From the IMG/VR virus record IMGVR_UViG_3300005531_000120, positions 1 to 59,409 of that record: DNA of 59,409 nt; one strand, written 5' to 3'. Shown here piece after piece: positions 26,985 through 36,046 of the stretch. A program made the translations under genes and the position numbers. This stretch comes from a virus. Lineage: Duplodnaviria > Caudoviricetes. A model generated the notes under the pieces. That model was not told the origin of the DNA and searched no databases. It was given only the letters and a program-made list of their open reading frames with translations. Each line of letters opens with the position of its first letter. The stretch's first letter is position 1.

Positions 26985-27087
26985 CCGGCGCGACGAGCCG
27001 CCACGCCACACCAACCCTCGTCGCGCCGGTAACGCCAGGTCTCCCGCGCTACGCGCGCCGCCGGGTTGGCCGGCGGCGGAGGCGCGC
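26985..27087. repeat. Back-to-back pair of TAC-hairpin repeats after the capsid gene
   Basis: Minus unit stem CCGGCGCGACGAG/CTCGTCGCGCCGG + GTAAC; plus unit GCTAC-GCGCGCCGCC-GGGTTGGC. Confidence 0.85.
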
Positions 27088-27130
27088 GGGAAAAGACCCC
27101 CAACCGCTCTTCCTGAAAAGGACCTCTCCC

Positions 27131-27574
27131 ATGCTCCCGCAACTCAAGCAGATGCCCCTCCTGAACGGCTCGTCGGTGGCGACCAACGCCACCGTGACCG
27201 CGAACTTCGACACCCTCGGCTACGATTGGGCCACCGTCGACGTCTTCGGCGCCACGGCGGCCACCAACAACCAGCCGACCGTGCTCAAGCTCAGCGAGGG
27301 GGATACCACCTCCTCCTTCACGGACATCACCGGCTTCGTCGGCGGCACGGCCGTTGACGCGACCCACGGCTTCGTCATCCCGGCGCAGGTGACGACCGGC
27401 TTCTACAACACGAAGTTCAACATCGACCTTCGTGCCCGTAAGCGTTACCTGCAGATCAGCATCGGGTCGCCCGGCGCCGCGACGGCTTTCTCGGCCGTGG
27501 CGAACCTCGGCCGCGGCGAGCAAGCCCCGGTCACGGCTTCCAAGGCGAACGTCCAGGCGCTGGTGGAGGGCTAA
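27131..27574 (+). CDS. Probable head decoration/cement protein
   Basis: Beta-rich 147 aa after capsid; FDTLGYD...KRYLQI pattern. Confidence 0.7.
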   Translation: MLPQLKQMPLLNGSSVATNATVTANFDTLGYDWATVDVFGATAATNNQPTVLKLSEGDTTSSFTDITGFVGGTAVDATHGFVIPAQVTTGFYNTKFNIDLRARKRYLQISIGSPGAATAFSAVANLGRGEQAPVTASKANVQALVEG

Positions 27575-27580
27575 CCGCAT

Positions 27581-27676
27581 TCCCGGCCCGACAGCCGGGA
27601 GCGAGGTCAGCGCTGATAGGCGGGCGGAGTGTCGGCTCCGCCCGCTGCTTCTCCCCGACAGGAGAGTTCCGACATG
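27581..27676 (+). ncRNA. Structured 5' leader with complementary hairpin loops (candidate translational switch)
   Basis: Hairpin 1 loop CCGACA (27588..27593), hairpin 2 loop TGTCGG (27630..27635), further CCGACA at 27655..27660 and 27669..27674. Confidence 0.65.
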
Positions 27677-28876
27677 GACAACGACACACGCGAGCATCGT
27701 GAGCTCGCGGAAGCCTGCGCCCGACCGATCAAGCTCGACCTCGGCGCCGGCCCGGTCTCGCCCGCAGGCTTCACGCCGATGGGCGCGGATCATGGCTCCG
27801 CGATCTTTCCGCTCGACTATCCCGACGACTCCGTCGACGAGATCCGCGCGAGCCACGTGCTCGAGCATTTCCCGCACCGCCAGGTGATCGACGTCCTGCG
27901 CGAGTGGGTACGCGTGCTGAGGCCCGGCGGGCGCATGCGCATCGCGGTGCCGGACCTGCTGGTGATCTCGCAGAAATACATCGCCGGCGAGCCGATCAAC
28001 GTCCAGGGCTACCTGATGGGCGGCCAGATCGACGCGAACGATTTCCACAAATGCGCCTTCGACGAGGAGGCGCTCGGCGAGGTGATGGCCGCGGCGGGCC
28101 TGCTGCTGATCCGCCGCTGGACCTCCGAGCTCGAGGACGCGGCCGCGCTGCCGATCTCGCTCAACCTCGAGGGCCGGAAGTCGATCGGGCCCAAGCCGAA
28201 GATCCACGCGGTCATGTCCGCGCCGCGGCTTGGCTTCATGGATAATTTCGTGTCGGTGATCGAGGGCCTGGTCCCTCTCGGCATCCCCTTCAACCGGGTC
28301 ACCGGATCCAACTGGGGCCAATGCCTCACGCGCGGCATGGAGTCCGCGCTCGAGGATCCAAACCTCGACCTTGTGCTGACCCTCGACTACGACACCGTCT
28401 TCAAGTCGGTCGACCTGGTCAATCTGATCCAGACCATCATGGTCTACCCCGAGGTCGACGCCTTGGCGCCGGTGCAGTCGAGCCGCGGCAACTCACGGCC
28501 GCTCCTCGGCATGACGCTCGAGGGCGAGGCCACCACCCGCGTCCCTTATTCGACTTTCGCCGGCGACGTAACCGAGATCGCCACGGCGCACTTCGGCCTG
28601 ACGCTGCTGCGCGCGCGCAAGCTGCGCGAGCTGCCGCGCCCATGGCTACACCACGTTCCGGATCCGGACGGCGGCTGGAACGACGGGCGCGTCGACGACG
28701 ACATCGCCTTCTGGCACAAGTGGAAGCAGGCCGGGAACCGGCTCTTCCTGGCGAACCGCATACCGGTCGGCCATGCCGAGCTCGTGGTGCTGTGGCCCGG
28801 CAAGGACCTCTCGGCGATCTACCAGCCGATGCGCGACTATCACCGGGTCGGCAAGCCGCCCGAGGCCTGGTCGTGA
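27674..28876 (+). CDS. SAM-dependent methyltransferase fused to GT-A-like glycosyltransferase domain
   Basis: KLDLGAG, SVDEIRASHVLEHF, RVLRPGG...AVPD; then LTLDYDTVF (DxD), HFGLTLLR, DDDIAFW...GH. Confidence 0.85.
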   Translation: MDNDTREHRELAEACARPIKLDLGAGPVSPAGFTPMGADHGSAIFPLDYPDDSVDEIRASHVLEHFPHRQVIDVLREWVRVLRPGGRMRIAVPDLLVISQKYIAGEPINVQGYLMGGQIDANDFHKCAFDEEALGEVMAAAGLLLIRRWTSELEDAAALPISLNLEGRKSIGPKPKIHAVMSAPRLGFMDNFVSVIEGLVPLGIPFNRVTGSNWGQCLTRGMESALEDPNLDLVLTLDYDTVFKSVDLVNLIQTIMVYPEVDALAPVQSSRGNSRPLLGMTLEGEATTRVPYSTFAGDVTEIATAHFGLTLLRARKLRELPRPWLHHVPDPDGGWNDGRVDDDIAFWHKWKQAGNRLFLANRIPVGHAELVVLWPGKDLSAIYQPMRDYHRVGKPPEAWS

Positions 28877-29478
28877 GCTTCCGCTGGCTCAACGGGCGCG
28901 CGGCGAACGTCTATTCGCAGTTCGGCGAGGATGGCGTCGTTGCCGCGGTCCTCGAGGTGATCCGTCCGGCGAACCGCTGGTGCTTCGAGTGCGGCGCGGC
29001 CGACGGCCTGTTCTTCAGCAACACCCGGCGCCTGGTGCGCGAGGGCTGGGACGCGGTGCTGGTCGAGCAGGACGCGGCGGCGTTCCAACGGCTCTGCGAC
29101 AATACGCGGGACGATCGCGAGCACGTGCACCTCGTGTGCGAGAGGCTCGACACGATCGATCCGGTGCTCCGGCACGCCGGTGCGCCCGAGGACATCGACC
29201 TGGTCGCGATCGACGTCGACGGCCAGGACTATCACCTCTTCAACTCGATGCTGCGCTACCGGCCGCGCATCGTGATCGTCGAGTACGATCCGAACGCGCC
29301 GGCCGATTTCATCCCCGACGTCGGCGGCGAAGGGCAAGCCGGCCTCGAGGCGATGCGTCGTCTCGCCGCCGGCCGCTTTTACACCGAGGTCTACCGCAGC
29401 TGGTGCAACCTGGTGCTGGTCCGGCAGCCGCTCGACCGGCTCCTCAAGCTGAGCCCAGAGGGCAAGCTGCACGTCTGA
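28873..29478 (+). CDS. FkbM-like methyltransferase
   Basis: YSQFGEDG, FECGAADG..FSNTR, DLVAIDVDGQDY, PRIVIVEY; GTGA overlap. Confidence 0.88.
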   Translation: MSFRWLNGRAANVYSQFGEDGVVAAVLEVIRPANRWCFECGAADGLFFSNTRRLVREGWDAVLVEQDAAAFQRLCDNTRDDREHVHLVCERLDTIDPVLRHAGAPEDIDLVAIDVDGQDYHLFNSMLRYRPRIVIVEYDPNAPADFIPDVGGEGQAGLEAMRRLAAGRFYTEVYRSWCNLVLVRQPLDRLLKLSPEGKLHV

Positions 29479-29496
29479 CGCGAAAGGCTCCTGGCC

Positions 29497-30414
29497 ATGC
29501 TCGAGGCGTCCATCTCGACGGTGGTCGCGCCGGCCTCTAGCCACGACTTGACCACGCTCGCGGCCGTCAAGGCCGAGCTCGCCATTCCCTCCACCGACAC
29601 ATCGAACGATAGCTTCCTCTCGCCCGCCATCACCCAGTCCTCGGCGGTAATCGCCAGCTATTGCGGCCGGATCTTCCAGGTCGAGGCGCTGCAGGACCTC
29701 TTCTACGTTCGCCGCGGTGCCTTTCCCTGGCGCCCCGCGCCGCAGCCGGATCCGCTGCAGCTCGCGCGCTGGCCAGTGACGGTCGTGACTTCCGCGGTGC
29801 AGACGCTGAGCGACGGAACCACGACCACCCTGGTCCAGGGCACGGACTTCACGCTCGATGCCGCCCGCGGCTGGCTCTACCGGCTCGATTCCCAGGGCCG
29901 CATCAGCTGGAGCTGGGAGCCGCAGGTCCTCACGGTCCAGTACTCCGCCGGTTACACGAAGCAGATCGCCGGCGAGGCAGCGACGGTCCCGTCGAACCCC
30001 GGGCCCTACACGGCCACGGTCGCGAACGCCTCGAGCTTCGCCGTCGATCTCGGCGTGACCTATGCCTCGAGCGGCGCGGCTCTCACGAAGGTCTCGAGCG
30101 CCCCCGCCGCCGGCCAGTACAGCGTCAACACCGTAACGGGTGTCTACACCTTCGCCGCGGCTGATGCCGGCGCGGCCGTGAAGATCGGCTATAGCTACGC
30201 CGCGATCCCCGACGACGTCGCCAGCGCCGCGCTGCGCCTGGTCACCTCCCGCTACCGGTCGAAAGGCCGCGATCCCGCATTGAGGAGCGAGATGCTGCCG
30301 CAGGAGGGCTCGCGCCAATGGTGGGTCGGCCCGATGCCGGGCCAGGGCGGCTCGCCGTTCCCGCCGGATATCGAGGCGATTCTCGACCCCTATCGGGTCC
30401 CGGGGGTTGCATGA
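29497..30414 (+). CDS. Head-tail connector (gp6-like) with inserted beta domain
   Basis: LTTLAAVKAEL...IASYCGR...VQYSAGY [insert] IPDDVASAALRLV...ILDPYR. Confidence 0.85.
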   Translation: MLEASISTVVAPASSHDLTTLAAVKAELAIPSTDTSNDSFLSPAITQSSAVIASYCGRIFQVEALQDLFYVRRGAFPWRPAPQPDPLQLARWPVTVVTSAVQTLSDGTTTTLVQGTDFTLDAARGWLYRLDSQGRISWSWEPQVLTVQYSAGYTKQIAGEAATVPSNPGPYTATVANASSFAVDLGVTYASSGAALTKVSSAPAAGQYSVNTVTGVYTFAAADAGAAVKIGYSYAAIPDDVASAALRLVTSRYRSKGRDPALRSEMLPQEGSRQWWVGPMPGQGGSPFPPDIEAILDPYRVPGVA

Positions 30415-30884
30415 CCGCGATCCATTTCGCCGTCACGGGCGATCGCGAGGTGGCGCTCAAGTTCGAGGAATTCCCGCGCCAGGTCCATGACCGGCTGCTG
30501 GAGCGGATCCGGGATCTGACCGCCGAGCTCGAGACGAACGTGCGGGCGGCCGAGCCCGAGCGCACCGGACGGCTGCGGAGCGAGACCTCGAGCCGGATCT
30601 TCGACCAGCCGACCCGGATCCATGGTCAGGTCTCGATCGCGGCGGAGTTCGGCAAAGCCGGCGCGCTCGAGTACGGATCCCACCGCAAGATCGAGGTGCG
30701 CGCCCACCAGGCCCGCCTCGACCATGTCTTCTCGCGGCTCGCGGACCTCGAGGTCGAGGTTGGTGCACATGCGCGTCTCACGGACGTCGCCGAGCACCGC
30801 TTCCTGCGCGGCCCGCTGGAGTCCATGACGCCGGAGATTCTCGCGTCGCTCGAGGAGGCCTTGAGCGCGGCCGCCCAGGCGTAG
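30411..30884 (+). CDS. HK97 gp10-like neck/tail-completion protein
   Basis: PERTGRLRS, ALEYG, RFLRGPL. Confidence 0.75.
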   Translation: MTAIHFAVTGDREVALKFEEFPRQVHDRLLERIRDLTAELETNVRAAEPERTGRLRSETSSRIFDQPTRIHGQVSIAAEFGKAGALEYGSHRKIEVRAHQARLDHVFSRLADLEVEVGAHARLTDVAEHRFLRGPLESMTPEILASLEEALSAAAQA

Positions 30885-30927
30885 CGAGCCATCATCGAGC
30901 GATTGCGGGCGGGAAGGAGCTTGAGCG

Positions 30928-31578
30928 GTGGGTCAGACCAGAGAACCCATCATGCAGGCCCTCCAGGCCCGCATTACCGGCGCGATCGCGTCCTCCTTCA
31001 CGGGCAATATCGCCAACACCGGCCCCGGCGGCGTCGCGCAGATCTCCGCGATCGCCGACACCTCGAAGCTCTTCGCGGGCCTGCCCGCCGTCGGCGGCAC
31101 GGTGCCGCCGGGTACGCTCATCCAGTCGATCGACAGCGGCTCACAGATCACGCTCACCCAGCCGGTCGGCACGCCGGCGGACGGCGTCACGTTCCTGTCT
31201 GGCTTCCAGACGGTGAGCCGGAGGGTCAAGTCCTGGAACCAGGACCTGGCGCAGCCGGCGCTGTTCCTCACCAACGTCGACGACGAGCGGCAGGTGCGCG
31301 AGGGCTTCCCTCCCAAGCGCACCATGATCGTCGAGCTGCGGATCTATACCGACGTCGCCAAGAACCCCGACCAGGCCGCGGGACCGGTGCTCAACAATTT
31401 CCTCGACGCGATCGAGGCCGCGCTCCAGCCGCAGCCCGGCCAGGAGCAGATGCTGAACCGCGTCACGCTCGGCGGCCTCTGCCAGCACTGCTGGATCTCC
31501 GGCAAGAGCGAGTTCTACCCGGGCGACCTCGGGACGCAGGCGAAGCTGCTGATCCCCGTGTCGATTCTCATTCCCTGA
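30928..31578 (+). CDS. Tail terminator-like protein with inserted beta domain
   Basis: TREPIMQAL [insert] FQTVSRR...QPALF...LDAIEAAL...TLGGL. Confidence 0.75.
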   Translation: MGQTREPIMQALQARITGAIASSFTGNIANTGPGGVAQISAIADTSKLFAGLPAVGGTVPPGTLIQSIDSGSQITLTQPVGTPADGVTFLSGFQTVSRRVKSWNQDLAQPALFLTNVDDERQVREGFPPKRTMIVELRIYTDVAKNPDQAAGPVLNNFLDAIEAALQPQPGQEQMLNRVTLGGLCQHCWISGKSEFYPGDLGTQAKLLIPVSILIP

Positions 31579-31586
31579 GGCGCCAC

Positions 31587-31784
31587 ATGGCGAAACGAGA
31601 CGAAACGCTCGCGACGGACGCCGCGCCGGCGCCCGCCGAGCCCGCGCCGCCGACGGAGCCCCCGCCATCCCCTGCGCCCGCGCGCACGGACGAGATCGTC
31701 GATCGCTGGCTCGGCGACTACGCGATCCCCAACCACTTCCGCACCGCCGTCGACGAGCTCAAGCGCCGCCTGCGCGCCGGCTGA
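31587..31784 (+). CDS. Small hypothetical protein
   Basis: GAGG SD; Pro-rich linker then IVDRWL...VDELKRRL. Confidence 0.6.
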   Translation: MAKRDETLATDAAPAPAEPAPPTEPPPSPAPARTDEIVDRWLGDYAIPNHFRTAVDELKRRLRAG

Positions 31785-31802
31785 GCCGGAGCCGCTCCCT
31801 GC

Positions 31803-31862
31803 CTCTGTGCCGCCTTCCGCGGTCGCGCTGACGCGCGACGCCGGCGGCGGCCTTTGACGATC
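31803..31862 (+). promoter_or_regulatory. Conserved structured leader, copy A (tail tube gene)
   Basis: CTCTGT GCCGCC TTCC GCG G TCGCGC tgac GCGCGA CGC CGGC GGCGGC CTTTGAC. Confidence 0.75.
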
Positions 31863-31882
31863 TAAAAAGGAGATCGCAAATC

Positions 31883-32632
31883 ATGTTCTTCTTCGGCTCC
31901 GGCGTGCTGCTCGTCCAGCGCCAGGACATCGCCAATGCCACGCCGGTCAACATCGGCCTGCTGCAGGACGTCGCCTTCGATCTCAGCTTCGACCTGAAGC
32001 AGCTCTACGGCCAGTATCAGTTCCCCGTGGCGCTCGGCCGCGGCAAGGCGAAGCTCGCAGCCAAGGCCAAGGTGGCGCGGCTCTCGGGCCGCGCGATCGG
32101 CGACATCTTCTTCGGCATTTCGCCGGCCGTGGGCGAGCTCCTGACGTCCTTCGGCGAGGGTCCGACCCCGATTCCCGCGACGCCGTTCCAGATCACCGTC
32201 ACGCACGGCGCCACCTTCGTCGACGACTACGGGGTGGTGAACGCGGCGACCGGCCTGCCGTTCGCGCGCGTCGCGAGCGCCCCCGCCGCGGGCCAGTACA
32301 GCGTCTCGAACGCCGGCGTCTACACCTTCGCTTCCGCCGACAACGTCAGCGGCATCAGCGTCCTCATCAGCTACACCTACACGGTCAGCACCGCCGGCAC
32401 GCAGCAGATCGCGATCGCGAACCAGCTGATGGGCACGACGCCCACCTTCCAGGGCCAGTTCTACGGCACGTTCCAGGGCGTGCCACTCAATTTCAAGGCC
32501 TATCAGTGCGTCTGCTCTAAGCTCAATCTGTCGAGCAAGCTCGACGATTTCATGATCCCGGAGTTCGATTTCGAGATATTCGCGAACGCCGCTGGGGCCG
32601 TCGGCAACATGTCCTTCGGCGAGGCGAGCTAG
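31883..32632 (+). CDS. Major tail tube protein
   Basis: Position, strong SD; FGSGVL...LQDVAFD...KQLYGQYQFPV...DDFMIPEFDF. Confidence 0.85.
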   Translation: MFFFGSGVLLVQRQDIANATPVNIGLLQDVAFDLSFDLKQLYGQYQFPVALGRGKAKLAAKAKVARLSGRAIGDIFFGISPAVGELLTSFGEGPTPIPATPFQITVTHGATFVDDYGVVNAATGLPFARVASAPAAGQYSVSNAGVYTFASADNVSGISVLISYTYTVSTAGTQQIAIANQLMGTTPTFQGQFYGTFQGVPLNFKAYQCVCSKLNLSSKLDDFMIPEFDFEIFANAAGAVGNMSFGEAS

Positions 32633-32648
32633 TTTAGAAAGGGCTCCG

Positions 32649-32957
32649 ATGGACATCACTCTCGCCGGCCAGGTTTTCACGATCCAACCGCTCAACCTCG
32701 GCCAGATCGAGGAGATCGCCGACGCGCTCGGCGGTGGCGCGGGGGCGCCTCTCTCTCCCGGCGCCCCCCCGCGCGCCTTCGACCGCACGCTCGCGATCGT
32801 CTCGGCCGCGCTCAAGGCCTCCGGCAAGCCCGAGCTCACGCCCGACGCGCTCCGGCAGCTCATGATCACGCCGGACGAGATGAAGGCGGCGCAGGACGCG
32901 ATCCTCCGCCATTCGGGCCTGATCCCCGCGGGGGAAGCCAAGGCCCCGGCCGCCTAG
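32649..32957 (+). CDS. Tail assembly chaperone (gpG-like)
   Basis: Between tube and tape measure; ends with slippery G GGG GAA. Confidence 0.8.
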   Translation: MDITLAGQVFTIQPLNLGQIEEIADALGGGAGAPLSPGAPPRAFDRTLAIVSAALKASGKPELTPDALRQLMITPDEMKAAQDAILRHSGLIPAGEAKAPAA

Positions 32958-33343
32958 CGCACGGCGGGCGGGGCGGCCTGGATTTCGGCTACATCATCGG
33001 CCGCATCGGCACGGCGCTGAAGAAGCTGCCGTCGGAGGTCCGGCAGATGACGCTGCCGGATGTCCAGCGCCTGTTCGACTATTGGCGCGAGCACCCTCCG
33101 GAGCATGAGCTCGTCGCCATGATGGCGCGCGTCTATACGACCTGGCGCCCCGAGGCCGCGGGCCCGCAGCCCTGCACCAAGATCAGCCCGTCGATCGGCG
33201 ACTTCCCCCCGGTGGCCGTGAAGCGGCCCTCCGGCGCGGGCGCCGGGGCGCCGGAAGCCCGCAAGCGTGCCCTCATGGACGCGCTCAAGGCCAAAGGCGG
33301 CGCCGTCTCGCTCGAGGATCTCAAGATCCTCGGCAACGCATGA
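32930..33343 (+). CDS. Frameshifted tail chaperone extension (gpT-like), -1 shift at GGGGGAA 32930..32936
   Basis: -1 frame is open from 32933 through LDFGYIIGRI...MTLPDVQRLFDYWREHPP to 33343. Confidence 0.75.
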   Translation, partial: GGSQGPGRLAHGGRGGLDFGYIIGRIGTALKKLPSEVRQMTLPDVQRLFDYWREHPPEHELVAMMARVYTTWRPEAAGPQPCTKISPSIGDFPPVAVKRPSGAGAGAPEARKRALMDALKAKGGAVSLEDLKILGNA

Positions 33344-33352
33344 GGCTCCCGC

Positions 33353-33385
33353 GCTACTCGCGCGGCGAGGGTCGGCGTCGGCTCG
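33353..33385 (+). repeat. TAC-hairpin repeat upstream of tape measure gene
   Basis: GCTAC TCGCGCGGCGA GGGTCGGC GTCGGCTCG. Confidence 0.75.
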
Positions 33386-33395
33386 TGGAGAATAG

Positions 33396-36026
33396 ATGTC
33401 CTCCCTTTCCGTCTCCGTCACCGCCGAGACCCAAGACCTAGAGGCGAAGCTCGCCGTCGCCCAGGCGCAGCTCCGCGCCTTCCAGGCCGAGCTGCGCAAC
33501 ACCGCGAACGCCGCGGTGCAGTCCGGCACCGCGCTCGACGACATGAGCCGCGCGAAGCTCGGCCAGCTCGCGAGCCAGGTCGACCAGGCGCAGGGCCGGG
33601 TCAGCTATTTCAAGGCGAGCCTCTCGGAGCTTGGCCCCGCCGCCAACCAGGCCTCGCTCCACGCGAGCACGCTCACCCGCGAGACCCGCGCCCTCATCGC
33701 CGAGCTTAGCCGCGGCGAATTCTTGCGCGCCGGCGGCACGATCGCGCTGCTCGGCGAGCATCTGGCCGAGCTGGGACCCGCGGCGCTCGCCGGCATCGCC
33801 GGTGTCGCCGCGATGGGCGCCGGCCTCGCGTACATGATCGTCCAGGGCCAGTCCGCGCAGAAGGCGCTCGACGATATCCAGGGCCAGATGATCCTGGTTG
33901 GCCGCGGCGCGAGCTTCTCCGCCGAGGCCGCCCAGGGCGCCATGGACCAGCTGGAGAAGAGCTTCGGGCTCTCCGCCAGCAGCGCCGCCGTGGTCGAGAA
34001 AGAGATCGCGAAGATCCCGATTGCCACGGACGCGACGCGCCAGGCGGTCAGTCTGCTCGCCGTGGCCTATGCACACCTCAACAGCGAGACGCCGGAGAAG
34101 GCGGCCCAGACGGTCGCCAAGGCGTTCGCCGGCGGCGGCGAGGCCGCGCTCCAGTTCGCCCAGCAGCTGCGCGCCCTCACTCCCGCGCAGCAGCTCGCGC
34201 TGCGGGAGGCCCAGCGCCACAGCGATGTGCTGGGCGCCCAGGCCATCCTGACGGATGCGCTGAGCTCGCGCCTCGGCCACTTCGTGGATTACCTGAAGCA
34301 GCTGACCGAGTGGTGGGACAAGGCGCGGATCGCGGCGCTCACCGCCGACACGGCCATGGGCCAGACCGTCGAGGATATCATCGGTCCTAAGCCCACGATG
34401 CCTACCGGCTCCGGCCCGGGCACCGGAGCCGCGGACCAGCAGGCGCTCGATATCACCCTGCGATACCGCGACGTCGTCGACCAGATCCGCGATCGCGAGA
34501 AGGACATCAAGATCCTCAAGGAGGGGATCAAGACCGCCTCCGGCGACGTCCTCGCCACCGAGACTCACGCGCTCCAGGTCGCCGAGAAGCAGCTGCAGGA
34601 TCTCAAGACCCAGGGCCAGGGCTCGGCGCTCGAGCAGGATCGCGCGCAGCTCGTGCAAGAGCTCGCGCTCTCCCAGGGCGGCCATCAGCAGCAGCTTCAG
34701 GAGACCGTCACGTTCTGGCAGAACGTCCTCAACACCCAGAAGCTCTCCGCCAAGGAGCGGCTGCAGGTCGAGACCGAGCTCGCGAACGCGCAGAAGCAGC
34801 TAAATCAAGCGAAGCACGCCGACGATCTCGCAGAGGCCCAGAGCCACCAGCAGGTCGTGATCGCGGGCTATCAGTTCGAGGAAGAGCAGGCGCGGACGGC
34901 GCTCGCCACCGGACAGATCACCCTCGAGCAGGAATACCAGCGGCTCAAGGACGTCGAGAACCGCAAGATCGCGGCCGTCATCGAATACCTGCAGCGCAAG
35001 ATGGAGCTCGAGGGTGCGAGCGCGGCCGCAATCCAGCAGCTCAAGGACCAGGAGACCATCGCCGAGTATGAGCATGACCAGAAGATGCTGCGGATCGACC
35101 AGGACTATTACCAGCAGAAAAAGCAACTGGCTGAGCAGGATCTCCAGTCCGAGAAGGGCATCCTCGGCGAGCTCACCCGGCTCGAGTCCGGCCTGGTCAG
35201 CAGCATCCTGTCGAGCCGGCAGCGCCTCTCGGTCAGTCTGATCCAGCTCGCCGAGCAGACCGTCGCCCGCGAGATCGAGGCGGACCTCAAGGCTCTCACG
35301 ATCTCGCTGTTTTCCGACAACGCGAAGAAGGCCTCCGAGCAGGGCGGCGTACTCTGGCACGCGATCGCCGAGGCGACCAAGACCAAGGAGACGATCGCCG
35401 GCGTCGCGCAGCGGACCGGCGCGGAGAACGCCGGCCAGACAACCTTCCTCGGCCGGATCGTGCAGGGCATCGCACGCTGGCTCGGCTTCGAGACCACCAA
35501 GACCGCGACGACGGAGACCGAATCCGCCGCCCGCACTGCGGCCGAGGCCGCGGCCGCCACCGCCTCCAAGGCGGTCGAGGTCGCGACCGGCTTCGGCGAG
35601 ATCCAGATTGACGCTTCCGTCGGCGCCGCCGCCGCCTTCGCGGACATGGCGCAGCTCGGGCCCGAGGGCCTGGCAGCGGCACCCGGCGTCGCCGCCGCGA
35701 CCTACGCCACGATCCTCGGCTACGCCAGCGGCCTCGGCGCCGCCATGTTCGACCAGGGCGCCTGGGAGCTGCCGTCGGACATGCACGGCGTCACCGTGCA
35801 CCGCGGCGAGACCATCATGCCCGCGAGCTTCGCCCAGGGCTGGCGCGACGCCGTCTCCGGGGGCGGCGGTCTTGGTGGCGGAGGGCCGATCAACATCAAC
35901 GTGAGCGCGGTCGACGCCCGGAGCTTCATGTCGATGCTCCGCGATCCGACCTCGCCGCTCACCCGCGCGCTCGCTCATGCGGCGCGCAATAACGACAGTC
36001 ACCTCCGCGGGATACTGAAACGGTAG
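33396..36026 (+). CDS. Tail tape measure protein
   Basis: 876 aa Ala/Gln-rich helical; C-terminal VHRGETIMPA, INVSAVDARS. Confidence 0.93.
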   Translation: MSSLSVSVTAETQDLEAKLAVAQAQLRAFQAELRNTANAAVQSGTALDDMSRAKLGQLASQVDQAQGRVSYFKASLSELGPAANQASLHASTLTRETRALIAELSRGEFLRAGGTIALLGEHLAELGPAALAGIAGVAAMGAGLAYMIVQGQSAQKALDDIQGQMILVGRGASFSAEAAQGAMDQLEKSFGLSASSAAVVEKEIAKIPIATDATRQAVSLLAVAYAHLNSETPEKAAQTVAKAFAGGGEAALQFAQQLRALTPAQQLALREAQRHSDVLGAQAILTDALSSRLGHFVDYLKQLTEWWDKARIAALTADTAMGQTVEDIIGPKPTMPTGSGPGTGAADQQALDITLRYRDVVDQIRDREKDIKILKEGIKTASGDVLATETHALQVAEKQLQDLKTQGQGSALEQDRAQLVQELALSQGGHQQQLQETVTFWQNVLNTQKLSAKERLQVETELANAQKQLNQAKHADDLAEAQSHQQVVIAGYQFEEEQARTALATGQITLEQEYQRLKDVENRKIAAVIEYLQRKMELEGASAAAIQQLKDQETIAEYEHDQKMLRIDQDYYQQKKQLAEQDLQSEKGILGELTRLESGLVSSILSSRQRLSVSLIQLAEQTVAREIEADLKALTISLFSDNAKKASEQGGVLWHAIAEATKTKETIAGVAQRTGAENAGQTTFLGRIVQGIARWLGFETTKTATTETESAARTAAEAAAATASKAVEVATGFGEIQIDASVGAAAAFADMAQLGPEGLAAAPGVAAATYATILGYASGLGAAMFDQGAWELPSDMHGVTVHRGETIMPASFAQGWRDAVSGGGGLGGGGPININVSAVDARSFMSMLRDPTSPLTRALAHAARNNDSHLRGILKR

Positions 36027-36046
36027 CGACCTTCGGAATTCACCTC

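Noticed and set aside
21600-27087. Paired repeats as integron attC sites (CCAAC...GTTGG ends)
   Set aside because: Ends do not fit RYYYAAC/GTTRRRY, single units also occur, and the second recombinase shows no IntI-specific insertion that I can recognise
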